Shown here: positions 17,133-23,841 of the stretch, piece after piece
Position numbering within the stretch: the first letter of the stretch is position 1
Layout of the letters: each line of letters starts with the position of its first letter
Made by a program: the position numbers and the translations under genes
The notes under the pieces: generated by a model
The model's database searches: none
What the model was told of the DNA's origin: nothing
Seen by the model: the letters and a program-made list of their open reading frames with translations, nothing else
Assembly (NCBI RefSeq): GCF_003991205.1
Contig: NZ_RXOZ01000037.1
Span: 177,379 to 209,378, forward strand
Source of the DNA: Georgenia sp. SYP-B2076
GTDB taxonomy: Bacteria; Actinomycetota; Actinomycetes; Actinomycetales; Actinomycetaceae
DNA: 32,000 bases
Reading direction: 5' to 3'

Positions 17133-17993
17133 CTAGGGCTCCGCCGCCACCGCCTCCCGGGCCGGCGCACGGGCGGCGAGCCAGCCGAGCCAGCCGCCGA
17201 ACCCCTCGCCGGTGGTCGCCGAGACGACCCGGGCGTCCGCCCGGGGGTTGAGCCGGCGGGCCTGCTCGACGCACCGCTCGACGTCGAAGTCGACGTAGGG
17301 GAGCAGGTCGGCCTTGTTGATGAGCACGAGGTCGGCCGCGGCGAACATGTGCGGGTACTTCAGCGGCTTGTCGTTGCCCTCGGTGACCGAGATGATCACG
17401 ACCCGGGCGGCCTCGCCGAGGTCGAAGAGCGCCGGGCACACGAGGTTGCCCACGTTCTCGATGAAGAGGTACGAACCCGGCCGCGGCGCGAGGCGGTCCA
17501 GCCCCCGGCGGAGCATGTCGGCGTCGAGGTGGCAGCCGGCCCCGGTGTTGATCTGGACGACGGGGGCGCCGGTCGCGCGGATCCGGTCGGCGTCGAGGAG
17601 CGTCTCCTGGTCCCCCTCGACGACGGCGACGCCGCGGTCGCCGGCCAGCTCCCGGATCGTCCGCTCGAGCAGGGTCGTCTTGCCCGCGCCCGGCGAGCTC
17701 ATCACGTTGACGGCGAAAATCTCCCGGCCCTCCAGCCAGCCCCGGTTGCGGGCGGCCAACAGGTCGTTCTTGGCGAGGAGGTTCTGCTCGAGGACGAGGG
17801 TCTCCGGACGCGCGACCTCGCCGCGCCCGTGGTCGTGGGGGTGGTCGTGCGCGTGGTCGTGGGGGTGGTCGTGCTCGTGGTCGTGCGTGTGGCCGTGAGG
17901 GTGGTCGTGCGCGTGCTCATGCTCGCGCTCCTGGTCGTCGGCGGTCGACACGCGGACCCCGGCCGCGTCGCTGCAGCCACACGTCGAGCACAT
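17133..17993 (-). CDS. hypB: Hydrogenase nickel-incorporation GTPase HypB
   Basis: It has the N-terminal MCSTCGC (CxxCGC Ni site), a His-rich stretch, the P-loop SSPGAGKTT, ENVGNLVCPA and NKADL. Confidence 0.95.
   Translation of the reverse strand: MCSTCGCSDAAGVRVSTADDQEREHEHAHDHPHGHTHDHEHDHPHDHAHDHPHDHGRGEVARPETLVLEQNLLAKNDLLAARNRGWLEGREIFAVNVMSSPGAGKTTLLERTIRELAGDRGVAVVEGDQETLLDADRIRATGAPVVQINTGAGCHLDADMLRRGLDRLAPRPGSYLFIENVGNLVCPALFDLGEAARVVIISVTEGNDKPLKYPHMFAAADLVLINKADLLPYVDFDVERCVEQARRLNPRADARVVSATTGEGFGGWLGWLAARAPAREAVAAEP
17829..17921 (-). repeat. His-rich (HD/HP/HE dipeptide) coding repeat in hypB
   Basis: It encodes HEHAHDHPHGHTHDHEHDHPHDHAHDHPHDH. The DNA shows reiterated gtggtcgtg(g/c) units. 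Confidence 0.85.
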
Positions 17994-17994
17994 C

Positions 17995-18324
17995 TCACAC
18001 CACCCTCACCGAGGTGACCGCGAGCTCCCGGCCGCTGCGGATCGCGACGTCGGCGCTGCCGCACGGGCACAGCAGGATCGGGTCGGAGATCTCGAAGTCG
18101 CGACCGCAGCTGCGGCACGTGGCCGCCCCGGCCGGCTCCTCGATGTTGAGCTGGGCGCCGGCGAGCGTCGTGCCCTCTGCCACCACGTCGAAGCAGAACC
18201 GCACGGCCTCAGGGACGACTCCCGAGAGCCGCCCGATCGTCAGGTTCACGGCAGTGACCTTCCGGCCGCCGGTGCGGTCCAGCACCGCGTCGACGACGCT
18301 CTGGGTGAGAGACAGCTCATGCAT
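17995..18324 (-). CDS. hypA: Hydrogenase nickel metallochaperone HypA
   Basis: It has the N-terminal MHELS (MHE Ni-binding motif) and the Zn site CRSCG...CPCG. The product is 109 aa. The stop lies 1 nt from the hypB ATG. Confidence 0.92.
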   Translation of the reverse strand: MHELSLTQSVVDAVLDRTGGRKVTAVNLTIGRLSGVVPEAVRFCFDVVAEGTTLAGAQLNIEEPAGAATCRSCGRDFEISDPILLCPCGSADVAIRSGRELAVTSVRVV

Positions 18325-18441
18325 CCACACAGCCTCGGGAAACAAGGTAATCCGCCCACCGCCCCCGGCACAACGGGTCCGACCGGGGCAATGCGCCCGG
18401 CGCGGGCGGGTGGCCGGGCGGCCGGGGAGCGGCCGGGCCGC

Positions 18442-19203
18442 TCAGCGCACCCGCAGGTCCCACGCGCGTACGCCGCCGATGATCCCGGCGCTGTTGGGCA
18501 CGATGACGACGTCGTCGCCGAGGCGCGCGAGCACCTGCGGGCTGATCCGGCGTGAGTTCCCGCCGCCGAGGTAGAGGCGGTCCCACATGTACATCGGGCG
18601 CAGGGCCTCCACGACCTTGCGCACGCGCCGCGACCACTGCGCGTCGCCCAGCCGGAGCCGCTCGTGCTCCCCGATGTAGTCGTCGTAGGTCAGCCCCCAG
18701 CGGACCGGGCCCTGGCTCAGCTCGACGTGCGGGGCCAGGGCGCCGCCGTCGAAGACCGCGTTGCCGAGGCCGGTGCCGAGGGTCACGATCATCTCCAGGC
18801 CCGCGCCGGCCACCACGCCGGCGCCGTGGACCTCGGCGTCGTTGAGGACCAGAGCCGGCAGGGCGAGGGCCTCCTCGACGGCGCCGCGCATGTCGAACCC
18901 GGACCAGTGGAGCACCAGCTCGGGCAGCACCCGGGTGCGGGGGCCGGACCGGGTGACGTAGTGCGGCGTCGCGACGACGACGCCGTGGCGCAGCATCCCC
19001 GGCATGCCCACCGTCACCCGCTGCGCCCGGGGCAGCTGCTCGGCCAGGGACGCGATCGTCGCGACGAGGCGTGCGGGCGGCAGCGGGTACGGCGTGGCGG
19101 TGCGCACGGGCTGGGCGTGCATGGTGCCCGCGGAGTCGAGGACCGAGGCCTTGATGCCGCCGCCGCCACAGTCCACGGCCAGCGTCGCGAGAGGGGATTC
19201 CAC
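18442..19203 (-). CDS. ROK-family sugar kinase, polyphosphate/ATP glucokinase-like
   Basis: LAVDCGGGGIKASVLD is an N-terminal phosphate-1 motif, and LNDAEVHGAGV and GTGLGNAVF are also present. At 253 aa the size is typical of actinobacterial PpgK. It has a GTG start. Confidence 0.75.
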   Translation of the reverse strand: MESPLATLAVDCGGGGIKASVLDSAGTMHAQPVRTATPYPLPPARLVATIASLAEQLPRAQRVTVGMPGMLRHGVVVATPHYVTRSGPRTRVLPELVLHWSGFDMRGAVEEALALPALVLNDAEVHGAGVVAGAGLEMIVTLGTGLGNAVFDGGALAPHVELSQGPVRWGLTYDDYIGEHERLRLGDAQWSRRVRKVVEALRPMYMWDRLYLGGGNSRRISPQVLARLGDDVVIVPNSAGIIGGVRAWDLRVR

Positions 19204-19228
19204 CCCGCGACGGTACTAGCCTCGCTGC

Positions 19229-20137
19229 GTGAGCAACGGCGAGGACCCCCAGCGCGCGGACGCCGTGCGGATCCGGCTCGACGTCGCCTACGACGGCGGG
19301 GCGTTCGCCGGGTGGGCGACGCAGCCGGGCCTCCGCACGGTGCAGGGCGTGCTGGAGGAGGCGCTGACCACCGTGCTGCGGCTGCCCGCGCCGGCCCGGC
19401 TGACCGTGGCGGGCCGCACGGACGCCGGCGTCCACGCGCGCGGGCAGGTGGCGCACCTGGACGTCCCCCGCGGCGCCTGGCTGGCCCTTCCCGGTCGCGG
19501 CGACCGGGCGCCCGGGCAGGCGCTCGTCGCCCGGCTGGCCGGGGTGCTCGGCCGGGGGCAGCGCCCGCGGGGGGCGAGCGACGTCGTCGTGCGCGGGGCG
19601 GGCGAGGCGCCGGCCGGCTTCGACGCGCGCTTCAGCGCCGTGTGGCGCCGCTACGCGTACCGGGTCGCCGACGACGCCCGGTTCCGCGACCCGATCCGGC
19701 GCACCGACGTGCTGTGGCACCCCCGCCCGCTGGACGTGACCGCCATGGACCACGCGGCGGCCGGGCTCCTCGGCGAGCACGACTTCGCGGCCTACTGCAA
19801 GCCCCGTGAGGGGGCCACGACGATCCGCACCCTCCAGGACTTCCGCTGGCGTCGGGTGCCGGCCGGCGCGCCGGACGCCGGCCTCGTGGTCGCCACCGTG
19901 CGCGCCGACGCCTTCTGCCACTCCATGGTCCGCGCGCTCGTCGGCGCGAGCGTGGCCGTGGGGGAGGGGCGCCGGGACGCGCCGTGGCCCGCGCAGGTGC
20001 TGGCCGGGCGCGAGCGGCAGCCGGGCGTCGCCGTGGTCGCCGGGCACGGCCTCACCCTCGAGGAGGTGGCCTACCCGGGCGACCACGAGCTCGCCGCGCG
20101 GGCCGCGGAGGCCAGGAACGTGCGCACGCTGCCCTGA
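19229..20137 (+). CDS. truA: tRNA pseudouridine(38-40) synthase
   Basis: [27 protein letters not shown]..., [17 protein letters not shown] (catalytic Asp) and [11 protein letters not shown] are present. It has a GTG start. Confidence 0.93.
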   Translation: MSNGEDPQRADAVRIRLDVAYDGGAFAGWATQPGLRTVQGVLEEALTTVLRLPAPARLTVAGRTDAGVHARGQVAHLDVPRGAWLALPGRGDRAPGQALVARLAGVLGRGQRPRGASDVVVRGAGEAPAGFDARFSAVWRRYAYRVADDARFRDPIRRTDVLWHPRPLDVTAMDHAAAGLLGEHDFAAYCKPREGATTIRTLQDFRWRRVPAGAPDAGLVVATVRADAFCHSMVRALVGASVAVGEGRRDAPWPAQVLAGRERQPGVAVVAGHGLTLEEVAYPGDHELAARAAEARNVRTLP

Positions 20138-20167
20138 GGCCCGGGCGCGGCGGCCCGAGCCTCAGGG
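20132..20167. terminator. Bidirectional hairpin between convergent truA and the acidic-protein gene
   Basis: ccctgaggcccggg (20132-20145) pairs with cccgagcctcaggg (20154-20167) at 13 of 14 positions, with an 8-nt loop. The left arm contains the truA TGA. Confidence 0.5.
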
Positions 20168-20210
20168 GCGGTGCGTCGCCTCAGGGGCGGCCGGGCTGGC
20201 TCAGGGGCGG
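20161..20210. repeat. Three direct copies of ctcaggggcgg
   Basis: Copies lie at 20161-20171, 20180-20190 and 20200-20210, with periods of 19 and 20 nt. The last copy holds the stop codon and last codons (..DRP*) of the 176-aa acidic protein. Confidence 0.85.
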
Positions 20211-20731
20211 TCGTCCGGGTCGATCGTGCCGCCCTCGTCGACGGCGACGTCCTCCGTGTCAGTGAGGTGCATGGCGGCCTCCTCGGGCATGAAGCGGGCC
20301 CCGTCCAGCCCGACGTCGGAGGCAAGGACGTCCTGCATCTCGCCCGGCGTGTCGCTCGGGTCGTCGTCGTCGGGCTCGGCCACGAGACGGCCCACCGAGG
20401 TCTCGTCCACCCCGTCGGGTGCCGGCTCGCCGCCGGTGCCCGGCCCGGCGTGGGGCGAGTCGTCGGCCGGCCGCTCCTCCCACACCTCCGGCTCCTCGCG
20501 CGCCACCCGCTCGGCGATCGTGTCACCCTCCCGCTGGCCCGACTCGGTCAGGTCGACGCCCGCCAGGGGGTCGTCGTCGGGCGCGGTGAGGCCCTCGTCC
20601 AGCACGTCGTCCGACGGGTTGTCGAGGAGCATGTCCTCCTCGCTGGGCTGCCAGGACTCGTCGGCCAGGAACTGGTCGGAACCGGGGGATCCCTCGGTGC
20701 TCGGAACGCCTTCAGTGCTCTCTGTGCTCAT
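20201..20731 (-). CDS. Highly acidic protein, paralogue 1 (I recall the annotation DUF5709 domain; unverified)
   Basis: The 176-aa product has very high Asp/Glu content. Blocks shared with the neighbour are QFL-DESWQP, DDVL-EG, DPLAG-DL, GRLVA-PDDDD and EEAAMH. Confidence 0.75.
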   Translation of the reverse strand: MSTESTEGVPSTEGSPGSDQFLADESWQPSEEDMLLDNPSDDVLDEGLTAPDDDPLAGVDLTESGQREGDTIAERVAREEPEVWEERPADDSPHAGPGTGGEPAPDGVDETSVGRLVAEPDDDDPSDTPGEMQDVLASDVGLDGARFMPEEAAMHLTDTEDVAVDEGGTIDPDDRP

Positions 20732-20785
20732 GCAGCCAGCGTGCCACCGGCCGGGCGTGCTCGCAGAAGGAGGGGCCTCGGCCGC

Positions 20786-21304
20786 TCACCGCCGCTCGTC
20801 GTACACGGCCCCGTACGGGTCCGGGTCGTCGGTCAGGCCGCCGGCGTCGTCGTCGTCGGCCACGATGTGCATGGCGGCCTCCTCGGCGCTGAAATCCCCG
20901 CCCGCGACCCCGGCGTCCTCGGCGGCGATGCTCTGCTCCTCGCCGAGCAGGTCGGTGCTGTCGTCGTCGTCGGGCAGCGCGACGAGGCGGCCCACCCGCC
21001 GGTCGGGGTCGTCCCTGCGGTCCTCGTCCCCGAGCCCCAGGGCGTCCTCCTGCTCCTCGTCGTCGTCCTCGTCGCGCCGGTCGTCGGGCTCCTCCCGCCC
21101 CAGGCGCCCGCGCAGGGGCTCGCCCTCGACCTGCCCGCGCTGGCTGAGGTCGAGGCCCGCGAGCGGATCCTCTTCGGCCGCGGCCACGCCCTCCTCGAGG
21201 ACGTCGTCGGCGTCCGTCTCCAGCAGGCCGTCCTCCTTGTCGGGCTGCCACGACTCGTCGTCGAGGAACTGGCCGGGACCCGGGCTGACGAACTCGTTGC
21301 TCAT
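20786..21304 (-). CDS. Highly acidic protein, paralogue 2 (same family)
   Basis: The 172-aa product is colinear with the neighbour over the same conserved blocks. It also has an internal DEDDDEEQED run. Confidence 0.75.
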   Translation of the reverse strand: MSNEFVSPGPGQFLDDESWQPDKEDGLLETDADDVLEEGVAAAEEDPLAGLDLSQRGQVEGEPLRGRLGREEPDDRRDEDDDEEQEDALGLGDEDRRDDPDRRVGRLVALPDDDDSTDLLGEEQSIAAEDAGVAGGDFSAEEAAMHIVADDDDAGGLTDDPDPYGAVYDERR

Positions 21305-21440
21305 GACATCAGCGTGCCACCGGGGAGGGCCGGTGGCGCCGGACGGGCGTCCCGGAGGCGTCCCGGAGGTGTCGCTGACGGCGCGGGCGGCGCTCCGGGA
21401 TCCACGGTCCGCGCTGACCTGGCCGGGGACGACGGGGCCG

Positions 21441-21476
21441 TCAGCCGTGCGGCGCGTCCCTCAGCCGTGCGGCGCG
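21441..21476. repeat. Direct duplication of the fdhD 3' terminus
   Basis: tcagccgtgcggcgcg occurs at 21441-21456 and again at 21461-21476, a 20-nt period. The second copy carries the functional stop and the ..APHG codons. Confidence 0.85.
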
Positions 21477-22318
21477 GCGACCGTGCGCGCGATCCGGTCG
21501 GGCCTGGAGTAGACGTTCGCGCTGCTCCCACGGCTGAACCCGACCACCGTCAGCCCGGTCTCCTCCGCCAGCTCGATCGCGAGGGAGGAGGGGGCGCTGA
21601 CGGCGGCGAGCACCGGGACCCCGGCCATGTGCGCCTTCTGCACCAGCTCGAAGGACGCACGGCCCGAGACCTGCAGCACGGCTCCCCGCAGCGGCAGCAG
21701 CCCTTCCCGCAGCGCCCAGCCGAGCACCTTGTCCACGGCGTTGTGCCGGCCGACGTCCTCGCGCAGGCACACCAGGTCGACCCCGCCGTCACCGTCCGGG
21801 ACGAACAGGCCGGCGGCGTGCACGCCCCCGGTCCGGTCGAAGAGCCGCTGCCGGGCCCGCAGCCGCTCCGGCAGCCCGAGCAGCACCGGCAGGGGCACCC
21901 GGCAGCCGTCGTCGGCCACGGCGAACCGCGACGCCTTGGTGACCGCCTCGATGGACGCCGTGCCGCACACCCCGCACGAGCTGGAGGTGTACACGTGGCG
22001 CTCGAGCGACGCGCTCGGCGCGGCCACCCCGGGGGCGAGCCGGACGTCCACGACGTCGTAGCTCGCGGTGCCGTCCGGGTTCACCCCGGCGGCGTAGGAG
22101 ACGCCGGCGACCTGGTCCGGGTGCCACACCACGCCCTCGGACAGGAGGAAGCCCACCACGAGGTCGAAGTCGTCCCCGGGGGTGCGCATGGTGACGCTGA
22201 ACGCGGCGCCGCCGACGCGGATCTCGAGCGGCTCCTCGCCCGCGAGGGTGTCGGCGCGCCGCCGCTCGGTCCCGTCCGCCCGGAGCTGGAGCACCGGACG
22301 CAGCCGTGTCGTGCGCAC
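21461..22318 (-). CDS. fdhD: Formate dehydrogenase accessory sulfurtransferase FdhD
   Basis: [41 protein letters not shown] and [12 protein letters not shown] are present. The start is set at the GTG at 22318, with GGGAGG 5 nt upstream, giving 285 aa. The ORF is open up to an alternative GTG at 22384 (307 aa). Confidence 0.85.
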   Translation of the reverse strand: MRTTRLRPVLQLRADGTERRRADTLAGEEPLEIRVGGAAFSVTMRTPGDDFDLVVGFLLSEGVVWHPDQVAGVSYAAGVNPDGTASYDVVDVRLAPGVAAPSASLERHVYTSSSCGVCGTASIEAVTKASRFAVADDGCRVPLPVLLGLPERLRARQRLFDRTGGVHAAGLFVPDGDGGVDLVCLREDVGRHNAVDKVLGWALREGLLPLRGAVLQVSGRASFELVQKAHMAGVPVLAAVSAPSSLAIELAEETGLTVVGFSRGSSANVYSRPDRIARTVAAPHG

Positions 22319-22501
22319 CGCCACCTCCCGGACCCGCTCATGTGGCCACGGCCGGCCCGGACCGCACCGTCGCGCAGCAGTCACTACGCTCGCAGGTTAC
22401 CGCCGACGGGGCGCGGGCACCGCGGAAGGACCGGCGCCCCGTCGTCGTGGCGGCTCTCCCGCCGTCGTGGCGGGTCTCACGCGAGCTCCCGGCCCGATGT
22501 T

Positions 22502-22531
22502 TTGACCGTGGGCGCCCCGCGGCAGTATCGT
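22502..22531 (+). promoter_or_regulatory. Candidate housekeeping-sigma promoter for rplM-rpsI
   Basis: TTGACC (22502-22507), an 18-nt spacer, then TATCGT (22526-22531, which fits TANNNT). This implies a 5' UTR of about 150 nt. It is sequence-pattern only. Confidence 0.3.
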
Positions 22532-22686
22532 GGGTAGTCGTTGTGCATCCCTATGCGCTCCCCGGTGCTCCCACTCGCCGGTGCAGCGGCGCGGATGCGC
22601 GCAGCGAGCACCACCTGACCATGGGTCGCAGCGCCGCCATCGCTGGGCCCGATCGAACGAACGCTGAAGAAACGAAGGCTACGCCC

Positions 22687-23130
22687 GTGCGCACGTACAC
22701 ACCGAAGCCCGGCGACGTCACGAAGAACTGGTACGTCATCGACGCTACCGACGTCGTCCTCGGCCGTCTGGCGACCCAGGTCGCCACTTTGCTCCGTGGG
22801 AAGCACAAGCCGACCTTCGCCCCGCACGTGGACAACGGCGATTTCGTCATCGTGATCAACGCTGACAAGGTCGCCCTCACCGGTAGCAAGCGCGAGCAGA
22901 AGCTCGCTTACCACCACTCCGGTTACCCGGGCGGGCTGAAGGCCACCTCCTACGCGCAGCTGCTGGCCACCAAGCCGGAGCGCGCCGTCGAGAAGGCCGT
23001 TGCCGGCATGATCCCGAAGAACTCCCTGGGCCGAGCCCAGATCAGCAAGCTGAAGGTCTACCGCGGTGCGGAGCACCCGCACAGCGCGCAGAAGCCGCAG
23101 GCCTTCGAGATCACCCAGGTTGCCCAGTAG
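22687..23130 (+). CDS. rplM: 50S ribosomal protein L13
   Basis: The GTG-start product (M)[61 protein letters not shown]... is canonical L13 at 147 aa. Confidence 0.95.
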   Translation: MRTYTPKPGDVTKNWYVIDATDVVLGRLATQVATLLRGKHKPTFAPHVDNGDFVIVINADKVALTGSKREQKLAYHHSGYPGGLKATSYAQLLATKPERAVEKAVAGMIPKNSLGRAQISKLKVYRGAEHPHSAQKPQAFEITQVAQ

Positions 23131-23177
23131 CGCTCACGCGCCTGCAGGCACCGTTGGAACAGGACTGAAGGAGAACT

Positions 23178-23669
23178 GTGGCTGAGACCACTGCCGACAT
23201 CGAGCTGGACGACGAAAACGTCCCCAGCAGCTACACCAGCGAGAGCGAAGCTCCCGCGACCGGCCAGGGTCAGTCCCTGACCGCCCCGGGCCAGGCCCTG
23301 GGCCGCCGCAAGGAGGCCATCGCCCGCGTCCGGCTCATTCCCGGCACCGGTGAGTGGAAGATCAACGGGCGCACGCTCGAGGACTACTTCCCGAACAAGC
23401 TCCACCAGCAGCTGGTGAGCTCGCCGTTCGCGCTGCTCGACATCGCGGGTCGCTTCGACGTCATCGCCCGCATCAACGGCGGCGGCATCTCGGGCCAGGC
23501 CGGCGCGCTGCGCCTCGGCATCGCCCGCGCGCTCAACGAGATCGACCACGACTCGAACCGCCCGGCGCTGAAGAAGGCCGGATTCCTCAAGCGTGACGCC
23601 CGTGCGGTCGAGCGCAAGAAGGCCGGTCTGAAGAAGGCCCGTAAGGCACCGCAGTACTCCAAGCGCTGA
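23178..23669 (+). CDS. rpsI: 30S ribosomal protein S9
   Basis: [30 protein letters not shown]...[19 protein letters not shown]...[12 protein letters not shown] is canonical S9 with a short acidic N-terminal extension. It has a GTG start after AAGGAGAA. Confidence 0.95.
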   Translation: MAETTADIELDDENVPSSYTSESEAPATGQGQSLTAPGQALGRRKEAIARVRLIPGTGEWKINGRTLEDYFPNKLHQQLVSSPFALLDIAGRFDVIARINGGGISGQAGALRLGIARALNEIDHDSNRPALKKAGFLKRDARAVERKKAGLKKARKAPQYSKR

Positions 23670-23680
23670 CCGGCGCTCCC

Positions 23681-23716
23681 GACGGCCCCGCCACGCACCC
23701 GTGTGGCGGGGCCGTC
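23681..23716 (+). terminator. Hairpin after rpsI
   Basis: gacggccccgccac (23681-23694) is the exact reverse complement of gtggcggggccgtc (23703-23716), giving a 14-bp perfect stem 12 nt after the stop. Confidence 0.55.
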
Positions 23717-23841
23717 GTGCGTCCGGCGGCCCAGCAAGGCTCCGCCCGGCGCCCGGCGCCCGGCATCCCGCCCCCGGCGGCAGTGGCACCATGGCCACGC
23801 GCAACGACAGCACCACACGCAGATCTTTCGGAGGTAGACAC

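Noticed and set aside
15003-18017. A very long ORF (1004 aa, plus strand). Similar long ORFs occur at 11994-13961 (+), 13985-15505 (+), 18317-20086 (-), 20171-22537 (+), 27109-29379 (-), 30090-31937 (-) and 3432-4859 (-).
   Set aside because: All are antisense or out of frame to genes with unmistakable conserved motifs (hypB, hhyL, hhyS, truA, fdhD, glmS, nnr, alr, rpoA). Their translations are Arg/Pro/Gly/Ala-rich low-complexity strings. This is the expected stop-codon-poor artefact of very high GC DNA.
18325-18441. A candidate promoter for the hydrogenase operon upstream of hypA (minus-strand TTGTGC-18 nt-TACCTT).
   Set aside because: The match to consensus is weak. hypA may be co-transcribed with the upstream ROK kinase gene. 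Without 5'-end data this is not supportable as a feature.
5613-19228. The island as a recognisable mobile element (ICE, prophage or transposon).
   Set aside because: I found no integrase, transposase, relaxase, phage genes, tRNA attachment site or terminal repeats. Composition looks like the flanks. I therefore report it only as a synteny break.
20161-20210. Short spaced direct repeats as a possible mini-CRISPR array.
   Set aside because: There are only three 11-nt units with 8-9 nt spacers and no cas genes. One copy is part of a coding sequence. The scale is far below CRISPR repeat and spacer sizes.
21310-21323. TGGCAC in the conserved leader motif resembles the -24 element of a sigma-54 promoter.
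   Set aside because: It lies only about 12 nt from the ATG and has no proper GC/TTGC -12 element at the correct spacing. Actinobacteria generally lack sigma-54.
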